From positions 1 to 41,766 of the forward strand of contig CAZLLR010000002.1 of the NCBI GenBank assembly GCA_964560655.1: a stretch of 41,766 nucleotides of DNA. The letters are read 5' to 3'. The notes under the pieces were generated by a model. The model saw nothing but the letters and a program-made list of their open reading frames with translations, did not search any database and was not told the DNA's origin. Of this stretch, positions 1-7,127 are shown piece by piece. This DNA comes from an uncultured Candidatus Saccharibacteria bacterium. GTDB lineage: Bacteria; Patescibacteriota; Minisyncoccia; GCA-002772825. Numbering within the stretch: position 1 is the stretch's first letter; each line of letters opens with the position of its first letter. Made by a program: the position numbers and the translations under genes.

Positions 1-184
1 CATCTATAATCCATTCTTTATCTACATCAGTGAGTTTATTGTCAAAAGATAAGTTATAGAATTCCACTATCTCATCCGTAAGAGCCGGATGGGTAGTCAG
101 GTTGTCATATGCAACAACAGGACTGAATACAAACAGCCCCGTTAAAGCCAATACGCTGATCTTCAAAACATTCTTAAATTTCAT
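1..184 (-). CDS. hypothetical secreted protein, N-terminal part only (runs off the window start)
   Basis: An ATG at about 182-184 overlaps the end of the upstream ORF (ATGAAATTTAA overlap). It reads MKFKNVLKISVLALTGLFVFSPVVAYDNLTTHPALTDEIVEFYNLSFDNKLTDVDKEWIID, a basic N-terminus plus hydrophobic core that looks like a signal peptide. The frame is open to position 1. It is missing from the ORF track because it is truncated. Confidence 0.4.
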   Translation of the reverse strand, partial: MKFKNVLKISVLALTGLFVFSPVVAYDNLTTHPALTDEIVEFYNLSFDNKLTDVDKEWIID

Positions 185-638
185 TTATCTTCCAAAAACC
201 TTGTGGATAAAGGAGAAATTCTACAAAAACAGGGTTGTGGACAATGTATGTATCTTTATCTTCCGAATATTCGCCTTTTGAATTCTGGGTGTCTTTAATC
301 GGCTGTAGAAATACATCAAACTTATCACTCTCTTCTATATTTAATAAAGATTCCTCCCACTCTTTTTGCTTCTCTACCACAAAATACTTACTCGCAAGTT
401 CATAATCCCCTTTTTCTACCGCATCGATAAACATCTGTAAAGTTTCTTGCGGGGTCACACCTCCATAAGTATCCTCAAGATATGGCTTATTTATCTCTTC
501 AGTCAGCTTTTTTATCTCTCTATCAAACTTCCAATCCTGATACTTTGGATAGCCATATGAAACAATAGCTAAAAAGGCAACAATCAATACTCCAATAATA
601 AACTTTTTTGACTTAATAATATTTAATATCTTTTTCAT
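174..638 (-). CDS. hypothetical membrane-anchored protein, tandem paralog 1
   Basis: ORF-track ORF of 154 aa. It has an N-terminal TM helix (FIIGVLIVAFLAIVSYGY) and the shared core DTYGGVTPQETLQMFIDAVEKGDYELASKYFVVE, and ends in WKINEI like the neighbouring ORF. I recognise no enzymatic motif. Confidence 0.6.
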   Translation of the reverse strand: MKKILNIIKSKKFIIGVLIVAFLAIVSYGYPKYQDWKFDREIKKLTEEINKPYLEDTYGGVTPQETLQMFIDAVEKGDYELASKYFVVEKQKEWEESLLNIEESDKFDVFLQPIKDTQNSKGEYSEDKDTYIVHNPVFVEFLLYPQGFWKINEI

Positions 639-674
639 ATTGTTTTTTAATATTCATTAATTTTCAAAACATTC

Positions 675-1133
675 TTAAATTTCATTTATCTTCCAAAGGT
701 CAGATGGGTATTTAATAAATTCTACAAATACTGGTTTTTCCTTAGTGTATATATTTTTATCTTTAGAAAAATACCCATCTGAGTTATATACTTTTCTCAT
801 AGTATCTAACAAAAAATCTATATTCTCAGTTGTTGATAGCTTCTTTATCCACTCCCCTTGGCTCTCTACCACAAAATACTTACTCGCAAGTTCATAATCG
901 CCTTTTTCTACCGCATCGATAAACATCTGTAAAGTTTCTTGCGGGGTCACACCCCCATAAGTATCTGCCTCTATAAGCGCTTTAACCCTACTCTGCTCTG
1001 CATTAAACTTATCCGCCTCCTTCCTCATCTCCCTCAACCAAGCAAAATCACTATATTTCCCATAGCCATACCAGCCACCAACACCGATAACCAAAATTAT
1101 TAAAATTAGAAAAATTATTTTTTTAGTATTCAT
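675..1133 (-). CDS. hypothetical membrane-anchored protein, tandem paralog 2
   Basis: ORF of 152 aa with an N-terminal TM helix (IIFLILIILVIGVGGWYGYG). It has the same core and the same WKINEI C-terminus as 174..638. Confidence 0.6.
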   Translation of the reverse strand: MNTKKIIFLILIILVIGVGGWYGYGKYSDFAWLREMRKEADKFNAEQSRVKALIEADTYGGVTPQETLQMFIDAVEKGDYELASKYFVVESQGEWIKKLSTTENIDFLLDTMRKVYNSDGYFSKDKNIYTKEKPVFVEFIKYPSDLWKINEI

Positions 1134-1176
1134 AATATATTTATCCTACCCCAAACTATCCTAATACTCAACTACA

Positions 1177-1203
1177 CAATCTCAAGGACTGTCCTTGAGA
1201 TTG
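1177..1203. repeat. REP-like palindrome P1 (caatCTCAAGGAC t GTCCTTGAGattg)
   Basis: Perfect 13-bp arms with a 1-nt centre, read directly. It overlaps the last codons and the TGA stop of the RAYT gene. Confidence 0.8.
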
Positions 1204-1856
1204 TGATTCTGGTAAGTCAGCCACTCATTAATAAAATCATCAAATTCTTTAAAATCAGCAAAATACTCTGGGAAAGCACTTTTATTAAGAACTACCGACT
1301 CTTCCCTGTTTCGCCCAATATAATCCTGATAACTTGAATATTTATAGCTATTTAACTGTTCTTTTGTCTTTTCTACATCAGAAATACCTTTTTCCTTCCA
1401 CTCTGGATCAATCAATTTGACGGGGTTTAGGTGGATATAAGCGAATAGATACTTCAAATACTCATCGTTATCCACATGAGTAGCTTTAAATACCCCTTCA
1501 AAAAGCTTCCCCGTTCTTTCGTTTTTCTTATTAAAATACATCGAGTACCCTGTGGATAACTTTTTCATAAACATCGGTATTCCTCCTTCAGTTTTCTCTC
1601 TAACCAATAGATGAAAATGGTTAGGCATTAAACAATAAACCCCAATATCTACTAAATTTTCATCATTCTTTAAATTCCGCAAGGTGACACCTAGAGAAAG
1701 GTCTGCTATTTTAACGGGTTTTAAACTATTACAAAGGATTAATAATTTTATAAACCTTTTTTTGTCATTATTATCTAAAAATATAGACCTCTTATCGTTT
1801 CCTCTATTATAAATATGATAAAATTCACCTATTGAAAAATTAAACTTACGATTCAT
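1182..1856 (-). CDS. IS200/IS605-like HUH Y1 transposase (REP-associated tyrosine transposase, RAYT-like)
   Basis: ORF of 224 aa. FYHIYNRGNDKRSIF N-terminal block, HUH motif in CLMPNHFHLLV, and the catalytic-Tyr helix FAYIHLNPVK. This pattern matches the Y1_Tnp/COG1943 family. The gene is surrounded by palindromic REP-like hairpins. Confidence 0.8.
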   Translation of the reverse strand: MNRKFNFSIGEFYHIYNRGNDKRSIFLDNNDKKRFIKLLILCNSLKPVKIADLSLGVTLRNLKNDENLVDIGVYCLMPNHFHLLVREKTEGGIPMFMKKLSTGYSMYFNKKNERTGKLFEGVFKATHVDNDEYLKYLFAYIHLNPVKLIDPEWKEKGISDVEKTKEQLNSYKYSSYQDYIGRNREESVVLNKSAFPEYFADFKEFDDFINEWLTYQNHNLKDSP

Positions 1857-1872
1857 AATTATAATTATATTC

Positions 1873-1890
1873 CTCTAGGTGTCACCTTGC
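1873..1890. repeat. REP-like hairpin P3 (ctctAGGTGtCACCTTgc), exact reverse complement of 1679..1696
   Basis: The 18-mer at 1873..1890 is the perfect reverse complement of gcaaggtgacacctagag at 1679..1696, which lies inside the RAYT CDS. The core is AGGTG-n-CACCT. Confidence 0.75.
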
Positions 1891-1915
1891 GATAAGTTAT
1901 GTGGATAAGTATTTC

Positions 1916-1956
1916 CCCCCCCTCTTCTCTAGGTGACACCTAGAGAAGAGGGGGGG
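1916..1956. repeat. REP-like palindrome P4, 20-bp perfect stem (ccccccctcttctctaggtg a cacctagagaagaggggggg)
   Basis: Read directly. It has C7/G7 clamps and the same AGGTGACACCT core as 1679..1696. It lies about 60-100 nt upstream of the RAYT start. Confidence 0.8.
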
Positions 1957-1990
1957 TTAGTTTAGTTTAGTCTAGTCTAGTTTAGTTTAG
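1957..1990. repeat. pentanucleotide microsatellite (TTTAG/TCTAG) x7
   Basis: ttag tttag tttag tctag tctag tttag tttag, read directly, between palindrome P4 and the stop of the TPR gene. Confidence 0.85.
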
Positions 1991-2017
1991 AAGTTGTTAT
2001 GAGGAGAGGTTGGTGGG

Positions 2018-2674
2018 TTAGAAGTTGTTGGAAAGGAGGGATTGGAGGTCGTCTGAGGTGTCTGGGTTAGCTGCTATACCCTCTTCTAAGACGGCCTTTG
2101 CCTTAGCCATATCTTTGGTACCGTACTTATAAAGCTCAAAGAAATTAGTATAAATATAGACTTTATTAGGATCATTAGATAAAGCCTTCTTAAAATTTGC
2201 CTCTGCTTTTACATAATCTTTTAGCTCATATGTATATAGATTACCTAAATTAGCAAAAGATGTTGAATTTAAAGGCCTTAATACTCCTGCATACTGCCAC
2301 ATCTCTTCCGCCCCGCTGTAATCCCCTATCGCCTTCAAATAAACGCCTAAAACAAGCCAATTATCTATAAAGTCAGAGCTTTTTCTAATATCTTCTATAA
2401 TACTGTTTATCTTTGATAAATAGATCTCCTTAACATCGGATGGCAAATTATCATCAAAATGAAATTCTCTATCAATGTCTGGCATCTTATCGTTAATTTG
2501 ACCCAAGTCTTCATTATTTATTTGTTTATCAAAATCTTTATTACTATCTCCTGAGCTCAAATCGTTATTTTCAATAGTAATTGGTGTTAATTTACTTAAA
2601 TCGTTCCGAATGTATAAACCAATACCAGCTACGATGATTAAGATAATGGCTATAAATATATACTTATTTTTCAT
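2018..2674 (-). CDS. membrane-anchored TPR-repeat protein
   Basis: ORF of 218 aa with an N-terminal TM helix (YIFIAIILIIVAGIGLYI). The C-terminal half has TPR-like repeats (GDYSGAEEMWQYAGVLRPLNSTSFANLGNLYTYELKDYVKAEANFKKALSNDPN). Confidence 0.65.
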   Translation of the reverse strand: MKNKYIFIAIILIIVAGIGLYIRNDLSKLTPITIENNDLSSGDSNKDFDKQINNEDLGQINDKMPDIDREFHFDDNLPSDVKEIYLSKINSIIEDIRKSSDFIDNWLVLGVYLKAIGDYSGAEEMWQYAGVLRPLNSTSFANLGNLYTYELKDYVKAEANFKKALSNDPNKVYIYTNFFELYKYGTKDMAKAKAVLEEGIAANPDTSDDLQSLLSNNF

Positions 2675-2700
2675 ACTGTTATATTTTCTATTTTTTCTCC

Positions 2701-2725
2701 AATATCAAGGTGGCACCTTGATATT
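2701..2725. repeat. REP-like palindrome P5 (aatatCAAGGTG g CACCTTGatatt)
   Basis: Perfect 12-bp arms, read directly, in the leader of the TPR gene. Confidence 0.8.
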
Positions 2726-2823
2726 AGGACGTTATTATAATGCTTTTATTTTAGCAAAATATAGCTAAAATTACAAAATTTTATAATTCTAGCTAATAAT
2801 CTTTATATTTCCTATTTTAACCT

Positions 2824-2850
2824 CTATATCAAGGTGCCACCTTGATATAG
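2824..2850. repeat. REP-like palindrome P6 (ctatatCAAGGTG c CACCTTGatatag), inverted relative to P5
   Basis: Perfect 13-bp arms. The central base is C here and G in P5, so the core is the reverse complement of P5. The two palindromes bracket a roughly 98-nt stretch that is almost pure AT. Confidence 0.8.
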
Positions 2851-2875
2851 AATAGAGGTGGATATATAAATAAAA

Positions 2876-2916
2876 AGCAAAAACCCCCTATTCTCTTTCG
2901 AGAAAGGGGGTTTTTG
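2876..2916 (-). terminator. rho-independent terminator of the surface-protein gene
   Basis: On the minus strand: aaaaaCCCCCTTTCTCgaaaGAGAAtAGGGGGtttttgcttttt. This is a GC-rich stem followed by a T-run, about 40 nt after the stop at 2955. Confidence 0.75.
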
Positions 2917-2954
2917 ACTAACCATGAGCACAAGGCTCATCACAAGAGGTTAGA

Positions 2955-5900
2955 TTATTGCGACAATACTTCTGCAGTTAAGTTCACTCCTGGAAGACCG
3001 CTTACACTGTAACCGTTTGTCCAGTCTGCGTGAGCATTAGCTGAAGTTGTAGTTGCGTTTGGTGACCAGATAAAGTCATCATTTGAACCAGCATCATTGT
3101 CAACTTGAGTGACATTACCCATGAATCCTGCAAGTTGAGGATATGCGGCGTCACCTTGTAGTTGAGTTGATACTGATGCTCCTGCTGCAGAACTTGCAAC
3201 AGTTGCAGTTACTTCAAAGTACCTTGTCTGTCCTGCTGGAACCTGAAGGTTCGTAGCTGTACCTGCATTATCTATGATGATATTTACATCAGCAGATGTA
3301 GGAACAGTAGCAGTATCTGAGTTCATTAACTTACCTCCGGCATTAACACCTGAAACTGGATTCGAGAATGCAGCATCAGAATAACCGTAAGCATTTAAGT
3401 TAGTGACAACAGCTGTTGTTGTAGATAGTTGTAAAGTAAATTTATACAAACCTATATCACCAGCTGAATCAGCAGTAACTTTGAATCGTAGAAGTGTCTT
3501 TGTGCCATTACTTAGAGTATTTGTAGGAACAGATACTTTAGCAACAGTAGGAACAGATTTGAACAATCTTAAGCCTTTAACAGCTGTATCAGCTGTAGAG
3601 CTTGTGTTGATTGTAGAACCTGAGTTCACTCCTGTACCTCTTGTACCTGTAGAATCACCACCATCATAATCAACTGTTACTAAGTGACCTTGTGTTGCAA
3701 GACCTGTAGTACCAATTGTTGCAAGATCAGCTTTAATTGTCATGTACTTGTCAGAATCTTTTGGAATTCTGAAAGCGCTTGTCAATGTAGATGTTGCATT
3801 ATTGGCAGTCGTGAATAGTGCTGTACCAACCTGTGCACCTGAATCGTAGTCATGCAATGTAACTCTTACAATGTCATTTCTAGATGTTGAAGCAGATGTG
3901 ATCTGCAAAGCAACTCTTGAAAGATCTATTGCTTCGTTTGTAGCATGGAACTTCAAGACACCGATAGTGTTACCTGTTGAACCAGCTACTGCTGCAGACT
4001 TAGATGAAGGACTCTTACCAGTATCAAGTGTTACTGTGAATGTTCCACCTGAAGCCAATGTTATTAGCTGACCATTTGAATCTGTAGCTGTTGGAGTAAC
4101 AGATTGATTAGATGTAAGACCAGTACCTGAGAATGTAGCTGCTGAATCAATACCCCATAGGTATTTACCTGAAGCATTTCCAGCGACGTCACATTTCAAG
4201 CCTATAGTCTTAACTGTTCCCTTAGGAACTACTAATCCTGCCCCATCAATAGTAAATGCTGTAGATGAAGCGACCGCTGAAGGATTAACAACATTTGAAC
4301 CTGTTGTTATCTGAGTAGCGCCGTCATATAAAGCACAACTTGTAAGGTTGGTAGCTGTACCATCACCTGATACACCGTAAGCTAGAGGGATTGTTGACAT
4401 CTTGATGTCTTCTCCTGAAGCTGTAGCGTCAAAGTAGTAGTTAGCGAAAGCAAATGTACCTCCGGCAACAACTGTCTGAGCAGCTGGGTCTGGGGATACT
4501 GAGATCGCTAGAGCAGCTGACTTAACAGTCATTGTGTTAGCAGAAATTGCTGATGTAGGTGTAGGCGTAATACTGTTTCCAGTAATCTGACCAGTAACAG
4601 TAGTCCAGTTTGTTGAAGGTGTAGTAGAAGCCTGAATTGTATCGTTGTTTACGAAATCAGTTCCAACTTTACCTTTCAATTGGTAAAGATGTTTACCAAC
4701 TGGGAATGTAACTGTGTCAGTGAAGGTAGCTGTACCACCTGTACCTGTACCTGCTCCATCAACTGGGCCTGCAACCACGCTACCGTTCTCATCAACTATT
4801 GTGATGTTAGTAATGTCGTTTACACCCTGTGATGTTCCTGATGATCTTACTATCAAGAAGTTGAATACTAGGCTAGCGACAGAAACCTCTTCACCTTTAG
4901 CCTCTACTAAGAAACCGCCTAATGGTTGGTTAGTAACGTTCTCTGCAACATTTTGAGCTGCAACTGTTGTAGCTTTCTGAACGTTAAGAGTACCAGCTGA
5001 TACAGTTACTTTAGAACCATCATACCATGGTGTTCCTGTAGTGAACTGTGATGAAGCGTCAGTTGCTGAAGCAGTAGACTCTCCTGAAGGAGTAATACCA
5101 TAACTGTATGTCTCTCCTGTAAGGTTCAAGTCTGTGTTCTTGTAGATATCAAAGATTATAGTTCTTCCTGAACCACCTATGATATCACCTTTAATAGAGA
5201 TCTCTTTTGAACCACCTTTATCAATAACGATACCTGAACCGAAGTTTGTAGTGTAGTACTGTCCATTTGCGCTTGCGACTACATCGTAAGCTGTACCGTC
5301 AACATAAGTCTTCAAGTTTTCAAGATCAGTAGTTCCTACTGAACCTGACTGATTCCATCTGATAGAATTCAAACGAATTTTCTCTTGTGAACCAGATGTA
5401 ACTTTAACAGAAGCGAATGTGAAACCTGTAGTACCGATCTCTTTACTGTTACTTGTGTTAGGGTCAAGTCCTCCTATTGCAGGAGTAGCTGAACCGATAG
5501 CAAGATTCATGTTTATCGTATGTCCAGCTCCTGTAATAGGAAGTGCTCCTGATACATTAGCTGAAGTGTTTACCTTTACCACTGAAAGGAAAGCGACCTG
5601 ACCTGCATAAGAACTAAGATCTGCAATCATATTACCAGCGATAGTTATTGTCTTTGTAGTTCCCGCCTTAACAACAAAAGGATCTCCTACTGTTGCTTGG
5701 TGGTTTGAGTTCAAAGTCTTAGCGATACCGATCTGGTTTCCGTTCTCGTCTAAAATGACGATTCCACCAAATACAGCGTCTTGTGCCAAACCTGTTCTCT
5801 CAACAAGGATTGAATTTACAGTAATGTCTCCGTCTGCTGAAGCTGTCAAAGCAACTTTAGTAAATGGAAGTCTTGCTGCGCTCTCAACTGCAAGTGATGC

Positions 5901-6554
5901 AACTGGCTGAGCTACAGAAGATACTGTAAGTCCTGTACCAACTGTTGGTGTTGTTGGTGTAGTTGGTGTAGTTGGTGTAGTCGGTGTAGTCGGTGTAGTT
6001 GGTGTAGTAGGTGTAGTACCTGTACATGTTCCAAAGAGAGAATTTAATTTAGCTCTTGTGGAAGGACCAACGTAACCTGTTCCTGCTGTTAGACCAACCG
6101 GGGTCAAAACATCAGAAGCATATTTCTCCTGGAATTTTATAGCAGCTGACTTTGTCAAAGAACCAAAATAACTTGATTCGTTTCCTGCTGAGCCAATTCC
6201 GCTTGAAGCAACCTGTGTAGCAGAATCTGAGTTAAGAACCTTCTGAAGGTTCATAGCGTCAGTTCCTGTATCACCTTTCTTCAAGTTCGAACCGAATGTG
6301 TATCCGCAAACTGCGCCTGTTGCAGGAGTTCCGCCTGTAACCCCAGACATCTGGGCTTGCAAAGCTGTAATCTGCGCAAGCAATGTTGCGATCTGTGTCT
6401 GAAGTTCTTCAACTGTTGCTGCACTTGCTGGAGAAACTAATACTCCACCAAACATCATAACAGCAGTCGTAAGACCTAAAGTTACAGATATTATTTTACT
6501 TAATCTAGATTTCTTAAATCTACTCATAAATTTGTTTCTAATTAATAATCTCAT
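2955..6554 (-). CDS. large cell-surface protein: signal peptide, coiled-coil, peptidoglycan-binding domain, (TTP)n linker, at least 6 divergent beta-sandwich-like modules
   Basis: ORF of 1199 aa, with an alternative start at MSRFKK (6527). Signal/anchor sequence IISVTLGLTTAVMMFGGVLVSPASA. Heptad-like stretch VEELQTQIATLLAQITALQAQM. PG_binding_1-like block GDTGTDAMNLQKVLN...GSLTKSAAIKFQEKY...GPSTRAKLN. A TPTTPTTPTTP linker follows, then about 1000 aa rich in T/S/G/A/V with recurring modules of about 130-150 aa. Confidence 0.7.
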   Translation of the reverse strand: MRLLIRNKFMSRFKKSRLSKIISVTLGLTTAVMMFGGVLVSPASAATVEELQTQIATLLAQITALQAQMSGVTGGTPATGAVCGYTFGSNLKKGDTGTDAMNLQKVLNSDSATQVASSGIGSAGNESSYFGSLTKSAAIKFQEKYASDVLTPVGLTAGTGYVGPSTRAKLNSLFGTCTGTTPTTPTTPTTPTTPTTPTTPTTPTVGTGLTVSSVAQPVASLAVESAARLPFTKVALTASADGDITVNSILVERTGLAQDAVFGGIVILDENGNQIGIAKTLNSNHQATVGDPFVVKAGTTKTITIAGNMIADLSSYAGQVAFLSVVKVNTSANVSGALPITGAGHTINMNLAIGSATPAIGGLDPNTSNSKEIGTTGFTFASVKVTSGSQEKIRLNSIRWNQSGSVGTTDLENLKTYVDGTAYDVVASANGQYYTTNFGSGIVIDKGGSKEISIKGDIIGGSGRTIIFDIYKNTDLNLTGETYSYGITPSGESTASATDASSQFTTGTPWYDGSKVTVSAGTLNVQKATTVAAQNVAENVTNQPLGGFLVEAKGEEVSVASLVFNFLIVRSSGTSQGVNDITNITIVDENGSVVAGPVDGAGTGTGGTATFTDTVTFPVGKHLYQLKGKVGTDFVNNDTIQASTTPSTNWTTVTGQITGNSITPTPTSAISANTMTVKSAALAISVSPDPAAQTVVAGGTFAFANYYFDATASGEDIKMSTIPLAYGVSGDGTATNLTSCALYDGATQITTGSNVVNPSAVASSTAFTIDGAGLVVPKGTVKTIGLKCDVAGNASGKYLWGIDSAATFSGTGLTSNQSVTPTATDSNGQLITLASGGTFTVTLDTGKSPSSKSAAVAGSTGNTIGVLKFHATNEAIDLSRVALQITSASTSRNDIVRVTLHDYDSGAQVGTALFTTANNATSTLTSAFRIPKDSDKYMTIKADLATIGTTGLATQGHLVTVDYDGGDSTGTRGTGVNSGSTINTSSTADTAVKGLRLFKSVPTVAKVSVPTNTLSNGTKTLLRFKVTADSAGDIGLYKFTLQLSTTTAVVTNLNAYGYSDAAFSNPVSGVNAGGKLMNSDTATVPTSADVNIIIDNAGTATNLQVPAGQTRYFEVTATVASSAAGASVSTQLQGDAAYPQLAGFMGNVTQVDNDAGSNDDFIWSPNATTTSANAHADWTNGYSVSGLPGVNLTAEVLSQ
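5947..6018. repeat. 9-bp tandem repeat x8 (ggtgtagtt variants) encoding the (TTP)n linker
   Basis: Read directly: ggtgttgtt ggtgtagtt ggtgtagtt ggtgtagtc ggtgtagtc ggtgtagtt ggtgtagta ggtgtagta. Confidence 0.9.
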
Positions 6555-6913
6555 TGTATTTTATCTCGTCGCGCTTCGCTCCACCTTACAGCGGATTAAC
6601 GAATGTGCGTGAGTCAATAAAACATTCACAAGATTATCGTAAGCATAAAGAAATTTAAGTTCGACAGTTCCTAAATAATTTTATGCAACTACTAATAATT
6701 ACTAATTTAATTAACCCTCATACTCCTCCATCTTTATAGACGGGAAAGCACAAGAAGAAATTACAATAAAATAAACTTTTTTCACTGACCTGAATTTCAA
6801 TCTTTTCATCCGTAAATATTTTGTTTTCAATGTGCCCTCTTTCGCTCTGCTTTACTAAGACGATACTGCAATAAAAAGACGTCCAGCCAAATCAACATAT
6901 CTAACTTAAACAC

Positions 6914-6941
6914 ATTATAAGTCGTCAAGTATCTCTTTCAA
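6914..6941 (-). promoter_or_regulatory. candidate sigma-70 promoter for the surface-protein gene (TTGAAA-16-TATAAT)
   Basis: The minus strand reads ttgaaa gagatacttgacgact tataat. It would give a leader of about 350 nt. A second candidate, TTGACT-16-TATATA, lies at 7024..7051. In AT-rich DNA such matches can arise by chance. Confidence 0.3.
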
Positions 6942-7085
6942 AATTATAATGTGGATAACTCTAGCCCTTATACTAAATAAGCCGGGTCAACGACCCAAAG
7001 CCTATATGATAAGGTCTTTAAAGTATATATTTTCACACCCCCTAAAGTCAACAAAAATACAGATAATGACACATATTATAAGGAT

Positions 7086-7127
7086 GTAAACCCGCACACT
7101 AAGCTTGCTTAGTGTGCGGGTAAACCC
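7086..7127. repeat. structured repeat element, copy A (short form)
   Basis: gtaaa CCCGCACACTAAGC tt GCTTAGTGTGCGGG taaaccc. It has a 14-bp perfect stem and shares the CACACTAAG/CTTAGTGTG arms and the gtaaaccc/gggtaaaccc flanks with copies at 8101..8160 and 14396..14459. Confidence 0.75.

Larger units (their letters stand above)
1177..1956 (-). mobile_element. RAYT gene plus immediately flanking REP-like palindromes (domesticated or mobile IS200-like unit)
   Basis: A perfect 13-bp-stem palindrome straddles the stop codon (1177..1203). REP-like hairpins lie just upstream of the start (1873..1890 and 1916..1956). I see no terminal inverted repeats or target duplications, as expected for IS200/RAYT-type elements. 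Confidence 0.45.

Noticed and set aside
1957-1990. A tandem repeat tract, considered as a possible CRISPR array or minisatellite.
   Set aside because: The units are only 5 nt with no spacers, and no cas genes are present. It is a simple microsatellite.
3002-5601. Six short ORFs from the track that overlap the large surface-protein gene: five antisense on the plus strand (3403..3669, 3871..4071, 4714..4956, 5419..5601) and one same-strand, out-of-frame on the minus strand (3002..3199).
   Set aside because: They lie entirely within a long, well-supported minus-strand CDS. Their sequences are low-complexity mirror images of the T/S/G/A-rich coding strand, and none has a motif or a start context. 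They are typical shadow ORFs.
6588-6597. The 10-mer acagcggatt is shared between the surface-protein leader (6588..6597) and the loop/arm of the 20-bp palindrome at 13645..13654.
   Set aside because: A single short match with no extended similarity on either side is insufficient to claim a repeat family.
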